Virus record (IMG/VR): IMGVR_UViG_3300022548_000175
Span: 4,111-68,110 of that record
Strand: one strand, 5' to 3'
Source: a virus
Taxonomy: Duplodnaviria > Caudoviricetes
Length of the DNA: 64,000 bases
The notes under the pieces are model-generated. The model was not told the origin of the DNA. It did no database searches and saw only the letters and a program-made list of their open reading frames with translations. Of this stretch, positions 9,681-18,375 are shown one piece after another; the first letter of the stretch is position 1, and each line of letters begins with the position of its first letter. The position numbers and the translations under genes were made by a program.

Positions 9681-10163
9681 TTAGCCTTCCTCTTTTAAAA
9701 GTTGCTCAAAATATGTAGTATTGTTCATACCTAAATATAGGAGCAATTCCTGAATAGATACTTTTTTATAACTTGAAACATCTTCCAAGCCGAATGGCGC
9801 ATAACGCCAATTAATAGTACGTCGTCTGTATTCAATGAAAATAAAATCATCTACCCAATCCACATTACTAGCCAGTAAAGTGACTTTTATAGAATTATTG
9901 TTATGTTTAACAATCAAAACTAAAACTACAATGTTAGACAGAGTTCTTAATTCATAAATTGAACGAGGTTCTAAAACAGCCCATTTATTTTTTAGAGTCA
10001 TTATTTTCTGTTCAGACTTTATAGTGGCCTCTATACGACGAATGTTTATATCATCAATAATATGAGCTATATTCCTAGGAAGTCGCGCCCCATAAATTCC
10101 AGAGTCCTTCATAGCCTGAACTAGACAAGGTATCCATTTCTTTGCTTTATTAATTGTTTTCAA
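9681..10163 (-). CDS. Hypothetical protein with LPLxIG-type tag
   Basis: ELLLYLGMNNTTYFEQLLKE. Confidence 0.65.
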   Translation of the reverse strand: MKTINKAKKWIPCLVQAMKDSGIYGARLPRNIAHIIDDINIRRIEATIKSEQKIMTLKNKWAVLEPRSIYELRTLSNIVVLVLIVKHNNNSIKVTLLASNVDWVDDFIFIEYRRRTINWRYAPFGLEDVSSYKKVSIQELLLYLGMNNTTYFEQLLKEEG

Positions 10164-10353
10164 TGCCTGATTTAATCTTTGTATTTTATTTATAATCTCG
10201 TCCAGAGGGCGGTTTTTTATTCAGAACTGTAACCAAATAAGACCGAACAGTGCCCGTATCTCATTCATTATTCAACCCTTTGCAGACTCTGATAGATGGC
10301 CCGGTCGGTTTCCGGTATACTGGGCTGGGTTACATATGAATAGAAGGCCTGAT

Positions 10354-10692
10354 TCATTGTTTCATCCTTTCCCCAATAAGCCTGTCTAGTTCTGGGTCCA
10401 AACCTATAAGCGCCGGCAAGACTTCCTTATGATCCAGAATCTTCTTCAGTAGACCTACATTTATACATGATTTTCCGATAACCCCAGAAGCCAGTTCTTG
10501 GTTTATTCCATTTTCCTGCCATTTGATCTGAGCGACGAAGAAGGTATCCTCTTTCGTTTCCTCATTGTGTTGCACACGGACATAAATAGCCCCGTCCCAT
10601 GACGCGGCATAAGTCTCTATTCCAGACTGTTTTGACCCACACCGTGTTGCCTCACCACGACAACCTTGTAGTGACCCGTAGAAATGGCTCAT
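10354..10692 (-). CDS. Hypothetical protein with LPLxIG-type tag
   Basis: MSHFYGSLQGCRGEATRCG N-terminus; VLPALIGLDPELDRLIGERMK. Confidence 0.7.
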   Translation of the reverse strand: MSHFYGSLQGCRGEATRCGSKQSGIETYAASWDGAIYVRVQHNEETKEDTFFVAQIKWQENGINQELASGVIGKSCINVGLLKKILDHKEVLPALIGLDPELDRLIGERMKQ

Positions 10693-10994
10693 TCATCCCC
10701 TTTTAAAATTTTTTCAAAACGTTTTGAGGAGTATTTAAGACTAATATATACCGGCAGGTCTTCACGCTTTATGCTCTTATAAGGGCTCCTAAATGGAACT
10801 ATACGAGGACATTCGCCTACGTCAAGTTCAAAATCTGAAGCTAAAACGTCGACCTCAAAACCGTATCTCAATATTTTTTCAACGACGCCAATAGCGCAAT
10901 GCCCATTACTTTTAAACTCAATAAGCGTTCCCACGAAATCAGTTTTATTTTTTTGGGGCGGGCTTATATCGATTTTTAGCGGCCTCTCAGGCAT
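10689..10994 (-). CDS. Hypothetical protein with LPLxIG-type tag
   Basis: DLPVYISLKYSSKRFEKILKG. Confidence 0.7.
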   Translation of the reverse strand: MPERPLKIDISPPQKNKTDFVGTLIEFKSNGHCAIGVVEKILRYGFEVDVLASDFELDVGECPRIVPFRSPYKSIKREDLPVYISLKYSSKRFEKILKGDE

Positions 10995-11024
10995 TAATAT
11001 CCTCCATTATAAGATAATACACAA

Positions 11025-11729
11025 TTATTTTTTGTTAAATCGTATTATGTTCCCTTCCTTGTCAAATTTCAGATTATTAATTTCTATAGTATCTATAACG
11101 GCTTTATCAGAAATCAAATAATTATAATCTTTTTCTAAATCACGATATATCTCATTCGAGAGCTTATACCGGACGTCTTCCAGACTTTTTTCCAGATACA
11201 TCAGCAAGTTAGCATGCACTTCTAGGCCGGATTTGATGCGCTCTTCTATAAGTTGTTTGGAAAATTCCTCTTTAAATGACCCTATAAGAAGTGGAAGCTC
11301 ATTAACTGGAGTATTGATAATTTTTTCAAATTCATCCCAATCATCGGGCCCATTATAATATCCTTCAAAACTAACGCTGCGGGTATTTGAATGAACATAA
11401 TGATGATCAATTGTTTCAATCTTATAATATGGATTACAAAGTTTTATAATTCTTAATTCCATTTCATTAAATTTTAAAGATTTTGCGGCTTTATAAGCGT
11501 CTATGTCGGCGTTAAAACAAGCGCCGTCCCCTTGAGACCAAAACCCACTGAAGTATATTTTAGCGTCATTAAAACCATGCTCTGCAAGTTTTTCTTTCCA
11601 GAAATCTATTGTACTTTCATACCAAGTGCCGTTTTCAACATTAATTTCGCGGAATTTTTTGAGAACTTTTTCTTTAGCATTTTCAGAAAGTTCTCTAAAT
11701 TGATATACCATAATTTCTACGGTTCTCAT
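11025..11729 (-). CDS. Hypothetical phage protein with internal LPLxIG-type tag
   Basis: YFSGFWSQGDGACF core; internal ELPLLIGSFKEEFSKQLIEERIK. Confidence 0.75.
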   Translation of the reverse strand: MRTVEIMVYQFRELSENAKEKVLKKFREINVENGTWYESTIDFWKEKLAEHGFNDAKIYFSGFWSQGDGACFNADIDAYKAAKSLKFNEMELRIIKLCNPYYKIETIDHHYVHSNTRSVSFEGYYNGPDDWDEFEKIINTPVNELPLLIGSFKEEFSKQLIEERIKSGLEVHANLLMYLEKSLEDVRYKLSNEIYRDLEKDYNYLISDKAVIDTIEINNLKFDKEGNIIRFNKK

Positions 11730-12013
11730 AAAGAAATTCCTTTCAAAATATTTTCCATGTGCTCTGTAACATACCCATGTAAATACAAAGGAAGGTCATT
11801 AACAGCCAATTCCTTTATTTCAGGAAGCATTTTAATAATGAGCCTCCCCCAGTACATAGAAGCAAAAGAATTCGAGAAATAACTTTTCTCAGACGACAAC
11901 ACTTTGAATTGATAAGAAGAATTATTAAAACCTACACCGAGGTATATTCCTACCACCCATCCTATCGATTCGTCGTGTATATAATATATCTTACCTTCTG
12001 ATAGTGTATACAT
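11726..12013 (-). CDS. Hypothetical protein with LPLxIG-type tag
   Basis: DLPLYLHGYVTEHMENILKG. Confidence 0.7.
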   Translation of the reverse strand: MYTLSEGKIYYIHDESIGWVVGIYLGVGFNNSSYQFKVLSSEKSYFSNSFASMYWGRLIIKMLPEIKELAVNDLPLYLHGYVTEHMENILKGISL

Positions 12014-12015
12014 AA

Positions 12016-12243
12016 CTACTCCGGGCGGTTATACAAAACTTTTCCCACTTTTCGCGCGACATATATACAATCATCAAAAGCCACAAGTTTATTATAATCA
12101 AGCCCTGGATAATTTAAACGTTTTTTGACAATATGGCAGACATTTCGCGCTTGTTTTTCGTCTTCGGTTATAAGAATAATATCGCCATAAAGATAATCAT
12201 CATTTGGAATGCATCGAATTGTGATAACTAAATAAACCACCAT
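12016..12243 (-). CDS. Hypothetical protein
   Basis: 75-aa ORF in packed operon. Confidence 0.5.
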   Translation of the reverse strand: MVVYLVITIRCIPNDDYLYGDIILITEDEKQARNVCHIVKKRLNYPGLDYNKLVAFDDCIYVARKVGKVLYNRPE

Positions 12244-12244
12244 A

Positions 12245-12703
12245 TCACGCCTCTTTCAATCGTTTATTATATATTTCTTTCGCTTTCTCTGTTTTCAGAG
12301 TGCCCATAAGCAAAGGTAAATTTTTTTGCCTACAATTAAGGACTTTGAAGCACTCGTCGAGTTCTTCTATGCTTATCATGGATGTTTCTATAACGCTGTT
12401 TGAATCTTTAAAATAGCCACTCCACCACGCGTCTTTTTTAGAAACTTCAAGAGTCAGGCAATCAAACAGTTCTTCATATTCTTTATATACCGGAGACTCT
12501 TCGGTAGAATTATCCAAATCACGAGTTAGAAATTTAGGACTGCAATTCCGGTCACGAATAGTAAAGACGTCAAGCTCTATCGATTTTTTATTAAGCAATT
12601 TTATTCTTTTAAAAAGTTTTTTGTCAATAGTGACCTCGGCTTTATCGGGGCCTTGCATATATTCTTCGCAATATATATTTAAAAGAAATTCGACAGATTT
12701 CAT
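12245..12703 (-). CDS. Hypothetical protein with LPLxIG-type tag
   Basis: NLPLLMGTLKTEKAKEIYNKRLKE; RBS AGGAGGAG. Confidence 0.7.
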   Translation of the reverse strand: MKSVEFLLNIYCEEYMQGPDKAEVTIDKKLFKRIKLLNKKSIELDVFTIRDRNCSPKFLTRDLDNSTEESPVYKEYEELFDCLTLEVSKKDAWWSGYFKDSNSVIETSMISIEELDECFKVLNCRQKNLPLLMGTLKTEKAKEIYNKRLKEA

Positions 12704-12726
12704 AACTCCTCCTTGTGCGTTCTTAT

Positions 12727-12752
12727 AAAAAGGGGCCGCTAAAAACGGCCCT
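12727..12752 (-). terminator. Intrinsic terminator after the VWA gene
   Basis: Minus strand GGGCCG-TTTTTAG-CGGCCC followed by a T-run. Confidence 0.6.
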
Positions 12753-14076
12753 AATACTCTTTCAAATGAACTTTCAACCCCCAGTCTACAGGTGCGGCGG
12801 CCCCATTACATAAACACCAAAGAACCCGAACCCCTTCAGGCTTTTTTGGAGCCGGGGCGCACCCATCCGTTAAAACAATTAATGCTTTGTATTTTTTATC
12901 TTGAGCAAGATTCATAACCGCTTGAAAATCTGTGCCCCCTCGGCCTTTGAAATCAAACTTAACCCTTTTTCTATTAAAAGGAATCGGGCCTTGTTCAATG
13001 CCATGATCAAAAACACACATATCTATTGGAAAGAAATCAATCATAGTATTGATGACGCCAAGAAATTGCCCTAGAAGTTCTGAACTTATGGATCCAGAAC
13101 TGTCTACGGCCGCTAATACTTTATCGACATGGATTCTTTTATAGCCAGGGTGTATATATCCAGTCCTGCGGTTTGGTCTTTTCCTAGTAGACTCTCTGTC
13201 GTTCCAAATGATATTGCCGCAAAACTGGCGAATAAAAGGTTTCCAATTTATTTTGCGGGTTTGCGCGGCAAGTATTTGTTCTTTATCAAAGCCGGGAATA
13301 TCCCCCCACATTTCATTGCGATCAATTTCTATGATCTTCGCCCGAACACGCTCGTCGGCGATTTCATTCTCTTTCCAATCATCGTGCCCATCAAGCATTC
13401 TAACTTTTATTTTTATATTTTTATTTTCTATTTTTTCGTTTGATTTTGAACTTTTTCCTGATTTATTATCGCCGCTTAAGTTTGAATTATTCTTCAAATT
13501 ATCGCCATCCTTTTTTTCGCTCTTCGAGCGGGGCGAGTTCTTTAAATCATTTTTTTCATTGCCCGGCATTTCAATCTGTATCTGAACTTGAGGCGTTCTC
13601 TTTTTCAAGAATTCATAATACCATTCCGCAGATTGCCTTTCTTCTATATCCTTGTATATTTTTTCTTTCTTAAATTCAGATACATGACATCCTATTAACT
13701 TGCCATTTTTGTCTCTGGGTATCTTACAACCGTCATCTTCATGAATTAATTCATTAACGGCTAAATCATAGGCTATATTGCCTAGTTCATAATTATCGAA
13801 CCGCCGGCTCGTACAATGATGAAGCACGAGATGAAGTATTTCATGATTAAGAACATAAGTTAACTCTTCGTCTTTAAGACTATCCACCCATTCCACGTTA
13901 TAGGATAAATCAAAACGACCATCATCCGTAACGCGAACGCTCATTGTTGGGACATGTGCAGAAGGTGTTTTCCTCATCATACCCAGAATTTGATGAACAA
14001 ACCGGCGGCGTATAATAAGAAAATTGATTGCCCATTCAAACCGCTTGATGGCTTTTAGTGAATCGTTTTCAGCCAT
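12751..14076 (-). CDS. DUF2201-type protein: N-terminal HExxH metallopeptidase-like domain plus C-terminal VWA domain
   Basis: LNHEILHLVLHH; MIDAS VDSSGS, GRGGTDF, VLTDG; adjacent to AAA ATPase. Confidence 0.85.
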   Translation of the reverse strand: MAENDSLKAIKRFEWAINFLIIRRRFVHQILGMMRKTPSAHVPTMSVRVTDDGRFDLSYNVEWVDSLKDEELTYVLNHEILHLVLHHCTSRRFDNYELGNIAYDLAVNELIHEDDGCKIPRDKNGKLIGCHVSEFKKEKIYKDIEERQSAEWYYEFLKKRTPQVQIQIEMPGNEKNDLKNSPRSKSEKKDGDNLKNNSNLSGDNKSGKSSKSNEKIENKNIKIKVRMLDGHDDWKENEIADERVRAKIIEIDRNEMWGDIPGFDKEQILAAQTRKINWKPFIRQFCGNIIWNDRESTRKRPNRRTGYIHPGYKRIHVDKVLAAVDSSGSISSELLGQFLGVINTMIDFFPIDMCVFDHGIEQGPIPFNRKRVKFDFKGRGGTDFQAVMNLAQDKKYKALIVLTDGCAPAPKKPEGVRVLWCLCNGAAAPVDWGLKVHLKEY

Positions 14077-14138
14077 TACAAGCCCCTTTCTATAAAAATG
14101 AGAAGGGCCGGATTATTTATCCGGCCCTATCACAATCT

Positions 14139-15299
14139 TTATGAATTAATAGCCGATTGTTTGCCAAGAAGCTGCATTGTATATTCCATAATTTTGGGGT
14201 GTTCTTTATACCACCGAGATGCTTCTTGCCGATATTTAAGCGTAAACAGGCTCCAAAAACCTGACGCCGCCTCTTTACTGATACAAAGATAAAATTTTGC
14301 CAGGTTATCCGACTGCTTCTTGTTCATCTTTTTATCGCCGTCAATGAGATATTCCACAAGTATTTTGCTGTAAAAAGCAACCTCGTTAACCTCCATATTA
14401 GAGAATGTTTTTTCCATATCCTTATTGAAATTGTTTAGAATTTCTTCCGGAGAAAAGATTTTATAATCTGTCCGGATATATTCTACAAAATTTAGGGCTA
14501 TTGTCGTACCCAAATACCCCCTTGCTAAAAGAATGAGATAATCCAGCTTCTTTAATGGATCATAATTTTTAGACGCTTGATATTTAATTGCTTCGCTAAA
14601 CATTACCCATGACCTGCGAGATGGGTAAACCACTCCTGGCTCTATTTTTTCCGGCGTATCCAAATCGTTAGGAATCTTGGTAATATATTTCACGATAGCG
14701 TCATGAACTCCAATAGATTTCGCATAATCAAGCCATTCTGGGACTGTAGGCTTGAAATCAATCACGAAAAATCTATCCTGAAGGGCTGGATCCATCTCAA
14801 GGACTTGATAAGATCCTTGACCGTCCGGGTCGCCGTTAATAGCCGCTACTACGCGCCATCCGGCCGGAAGCCGGTTCAAATTTAATCGATAATCAAGAAC
14901 TATCTCAAATCCGGCTTGCTGGACTTCTCTTGGCGCCCTATCCAGCTCGTCTAAAAATAGAATACCACAAGAATCGGGATCGCGCGGAAACCATACGGGT
15001 AAGTCATGCACCATAACATTATTAATGGTCTCGACTTGATCTATATACTTTCCATCTTTAAATACATTTTTAGTCACCTTAAATGTATCCACTGACCGAG
15101 GGAGACCAATAATATCGCCGGCTTCCCGCTGGCTTAACCTGATATCAATAAATCCAAATGATTTTCCGGTTTCTACAGACAGCTCTTGCGCTGACTGTTT
15201 TACAACTTCAGATTTTCCAAGACCATGGCGGCCGCGGATAAGTATCGACTGGCGGGGAGGAAAATATTTCAAAGTAAACTTTGTCTGGCTGATATTCAT
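14139..15299 (-). CDS. MoxR-like AAA+ ATPase
   Basis: Walker A GRHGLGKS; Walker B LFLDELDRA; EMDPALQDRF; PSRRSW. Confidence 0.88.
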   Translation of the reverse strand: MNISQTKFTLKYFPPRQSILIRGRHGLGKSEVVKQSAQELSVETGKSFGFIDIRLSQREAGDIIGLPRSVDTFKVTKNVFKDGKYIDQVETINNVMVHDLPVWFPRDPDSCGILFLDELDRAPREVQQAGFEIVLDYRLNLNRLPAGWRVVAAINGDPDGQGSYQVLEMDPALQDRFFVIDFKPTVPEWLDYAKSIGVHDAIVKYITKIPNDLDTPEKIEPGVVYPSRRSWVMFSEAIKYQASKNYDPLKKLDYLILLARGYLGTTIALNFVEYIRTDYKIFSPEEILNNFNKDMEKTFSNMEVNEVAFYSKILVEYLIDGDKKMNKKQSDNLAKFYLCISKEAASGFWSLFTLKYRQEASRWYKEHPKIMEYTMQLLGKQSAINS

Positions 15300-15325
15300 A
15301 GAAACTCCTTTTAATAATTCTTGTA

Positions 15326-15598
15326 TTAAGCAGGCTCAATTTTTGTACCAAGGCGTATTTCTTCAAGTATTGAAGATATATGTTCACAACGTTCAAGTCC
15401 TCCGACCCATACTACCGCCCGGCCTGTATTATGCGCCTCGAGCATTATAGCCGTCGCCTGTTGTCTTCCATACCCCGTCGCTTCCATTATCTGATTGACA
15501 ACCTCATCCATGCTATGATTATCATCATTAAATAAAATGACTTTGTATGGCTTGCCAAGATTGATGTTAACGTTAGTTTTGTTGAGTATTTGTTCCAT
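15326..15598 (-). CDS. clpS: ATP-dependent Clp protease adaptor ClpS
   Basis: YKVILFNDDNHSMDEVV...ATAIMLEAHNTGRAVV signature. Confidence 0.9.
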   Translation of the reverse strand: MEQILNKTNVNINLGKPYKVILFNDDNHSMDEVVNQIMEATGYGRQQATAIMLEAHNTGRAVVWVGGLERCEHISSILEEIRLGTKIEPA

Positions 15599-15634
15599 AT
15601 TATACCTACTTTATAAATTTGTATTTTGAAGATT

Positions 15635-16330
15635 TCAATCTTTAGATTTAATTCTTATTTTTTTTAGTCTTTGTTCTAATGCCATTTTTCCAGCCTCTGT
15701 TTTCATAGTTCCAATAAGAAGCGGTATTTCAGATTTAGGGCACTCCAAGGCTTGTCGCCGTTCTATTATTGCCTGGCAATCGCTTCTATCATAAAAATTC
15801 TTCAATTGTTCATAACTACAATGCCGTGCAATAATTTTTGACCATGCTTTCATAGGACCTTGTATTAAACCTCTAAAAGAGTTTTCACTGAGCTCTCGTA
15901 TACTTAAAAGAAAATCTTTCCACGATTTCATTTCACGACCGAGCTCTTGTTTCATGAATTCAAAGGCATTACAAGGGCATGAATCTGAAAACATTAATGT
16001 AAAAATTTGTGATCCTATATTTATATCTTCCCAGTTACCACAATCTTTTGTTATAGTCATCCCTTTTGAATATATTACGGCTTCGGGTTGTATTTCAAAG
16101 ATGGATTCAAATAAATCGCCGTGTGCATGCCAGCATCCATATAAACTTATTTTTCCACTATATAGTATTCGATATCCAAGGTGATCATATGAACGGGCCT
16201 TGATTCTAAAATGAATTTTATTTCCATTGCGTTCTAAAAATAGAAATTTAAGATTTCCATGGTATTTTTTTTCATTTACGCGGGCAAGGGCTTGCTCCAT
16301 ATCTTGTATATTAACGCCTTTTATTAACAT
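15635..16330 (-). CDS. Hypothetical protein with LPLxIG-type tag
   Basis: EIPLLIGTMKTEAGKMALEQRLKK. Confidence 0.7.
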   Translation of the reverse strand: MLIKGVNIQDMEQALARVNEKKYHGNLKFLFLERNGNKIHFRIKARSYDHLGYRILYSGKISLYGCWHAHGDLFESIFEIQPEAVIYSKGMTITKDCGNWEDINIGSQIFTLMFSDSCPCNAFEFMKQELGREMKSWKDFLLSIRELSENSFRGLIQGPMKAWSKIIARHCSYEQLKNFYDRSDCQAIIERRQALECPKSEIPLLIGTMKTEAGKMALEQRLKKIRIKSKD

Positions 16331-16641
16331 TGTTTAAGTTTCCTTTCTAGCTCTTTTTTTCCTTCGGCGGTGGTTAACTGATCTATAAGCAGAGGAAGTT
16401 TATCCGGTTCGGTTTTATTAACAAGCTGAATCTCTTGAAAAAGTATTTGAAACTGAAAAACCTTTCCGCTATATCTGCATTTTACGCATTCACAATATGA
16501 ATCCTCATCCCATTCGGTATCCCCTAAACTCTCAGTGCCACTATCATAGACTGTCATAATGGCTTTAGTTTCGATTAAAAAAGGCTCTTCCGATTTGCAC
16601 TCAGGACACCTCATCCCCGCCAAACAATTTGTATTAGACAT
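16324..16641 (-). CDS. Small Cys-rich (zinc-ribbon-like) protein with LPLxIG-type tag
   Basis: CPEC...CECVKC; KLPLLIDQLTTAEGKKELERKLK. Confidence 0.7.
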   Translation of the reverse strand: MSNTNCLAGMRCPECKSEEPFLIETKAIMTVYDSGTESLGDTEWDEDSYCECVKCRYSGKVFQFQILFQEIQLVNKTEPDKLPLLIDQLTTAEGKKELERKLKQC

Positions 16642-16744
16642 TAAAAACCCCCTGAAAATTGTAATATTTTTATTTTAGTTGTTTTTTCAATTCGCATAAT
16701 CTATAATAAAATATAAGGCTTATTGTCACTATTCAGGAACACAT

Positions 16745-18136
16745 ATGCGTAATGAAAGAATAAGTCAAGTCATTTCATACATTCCAGTTCCTTGGATTTG
16801 TAACGGCAAAATAACCGGCAAAGTTGAAGGTTCGCCTACGTATTGGGTTAGAGTCGAAAATACTCCGCTTGGGGCGTTAAACGCCGATATAAACGCTGTA
16901 CCAATATACCAGCCGGGCGGCTCCAAAGATTATAAGCCAAACGATCACGTCAAAGTTCTTCTTGTTCATCATTTCAATATTGATTCAAATCAATTTGAAG
17001 GCGTCGCCCGAATGTATAAAACATATATACTTGGGCTGTATGAGCCTGAAGCGATGATAGATACCAAAATTCAAAATCCAATTACTGAAAAAGGAAATGA
17101 CAGAACCGTTATATCACACGAGAACAGCCAGGGCGCTATCGTAATGACTGATAACTATGAAATGATACAATCCCCTGGCGGAGCTGTATCGAAAGTTATG
17201 AAAGCGTTTGGTGTTGGTGTACATAAAAATTGTGAATATACTAAAGCGCAAAATTTTCATCGAATAATTTCACATTCAGATGAAAAATATTTTTCTCGTG
17301 AGCATTTCGGTCTTTTTGATGGAAAAACTCTTGAAGATGAGCAGACAAACGTGTCTCCAATAGATTTTCTTATTAATTATCGAAGATTCGTTCAACAGAC
17401 AAAAGAACCTGATAAATGGGTTTCTTTATGTGAGGGCGCATACGCTCCATGGGTCGGCGCGAATAACAGCAATACGTCGATGATAATGGGGAAAGACGTT
17501 CTTTTTACCAAAATTATTAATAATCAATCAAAGCGATTAACGATTGAAATGGGCGAGCCAGGTCAAGATTTTTTTCTTTTAAGAATTGATGACATAAAAA
17601 TTGGAGAATATACCGCGCCAACAGAAGCCGGAGCTACTCCAGGCGTTATTGGAAATAAATTTAAAATAGGAATAAGTGACGAAGGAGCCGTTGAAATATA
17701 CGCGGCCGGCAAAGGCATTCCAATTTCAAATATAGCCGGATTTAAATTATCGTTATCGGCTGATGGTGAATTAAAAATTCAATGCGCTAAAAAAATCACC
17801 ATTACTCACGGCGACGCTGATGAAAATATAAACTCAATCAGCCTTGATCCTGTTAATGGCGTAGAGATAAAATCTCTTGCCGGGTTTAAAGTAAATGGAA
17901 AAAAATTAGTAAATGAAAATTTCTTAGACTGGTTGAGTAATAACCAGGCCAGCCTTGTTTCATCCGTTTTGCCGCCCGGTAGTCCGTGTCCAATGTTTCC
18001 TGCGACATTGGCTTTATTTCAGACTCAAAAAAATTTGCCTGATAGCGCTCTTGGTTTTTTAACGGCAAGCGTCCCTGTTCCAGCGACAGGGGTTAATCTT
18101 CAAACGGATTTGTTTGAAACTGTGCCTGTGGGATAA
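16745..18136 (+). CDS. Putative baseplate spike (gp5/gpV-like)
   Basis: OB-fold-like N-terminus, beta-strand-rich C-terminal repeats (LKIQCAKKITITHG, VEIKS); myovirus context. Confidence 0.55.
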   Translation: MRNERISQVISYIPVPWICNGKITGKVEGSPTYWVRVENTPLGALNADINAVPIYQPGGSKDYKPNDHVKVLLVHHFNIDSNQFEGVARMYKTYILGLYEPEAMIDTKIQNPITEKGNDRTVISHENSQGAIVMTDNYEMIQSPGGAVSKVMKAFGVGVHKNCEYTKAQNFHRIISHSDEKYFSREHFGLFDGKTLEDEQTNVSPIDFLINYRRFVQQTKEPDKWVSLCEGAYAPWVGANNSNTSMIMGKDVLFTKIINNQSKRLTIEMGEPGQDFFLLRIDDIKIGEYTAPTEAGATPGVIGNKFKIGISDEGAVEIYAAGKGIPISNIAGFKLSLSADGELKIQCAKKITITHGDADENINSISLDPVNGVEIKSLAGFKVNGKKLVNENFLDWLSNNQASLVSSVLPPGSPCPMFPATLALFQTQKNLPDSALGFLTASVPVPATGVNLQTDLFETVPVG

Positions 18137-18165
18137 AAAAAGCTGGGCGGGAAGCACCCCGCCCT
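18136..18165 (-). terminator. Intrinsic terminator of the antisense micropeptide gene
   Basis: Minus strand GGGCGGG-GTGCTT-CCCGCCC-AGC-TTTTTT. Confidence 0.7.
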
Positions 18166-18172
18166 TTCCTCT

Positions 18173-18283
18173 TTACAGCCAGCGCCGACGCTTCCGCCGG
18201 CGCCTTGCTGCTGCCGCGGCCGCTATAATAGCAGCCGCTGTTGCCGCTGTCGCCACGGCAACTTTTTTAATGTTAATAATCAT
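18173..18283 (-). CDS. 36-aa Ala-rich/Arg-tailed micropeptide (not in ORF track)
   Basis: MIINIKKVAVATAATAAAIIAAAAAARRRRKRRRWL; RBS AAAGGGGG; own terminator. Confidence 0.6.
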   Translation of the reverse strand: MIINIKKVAVATAATAAAIIAAAAAARRRRKRRRWL

Positions 18284-18375
18284 ATTACCCCCTTTCTATT
18301 TATATTTATACCAGAAATTCTTGCAAAATAACATCATACAATATATTATATTATACATAATCCAGAGGAGCGCCT

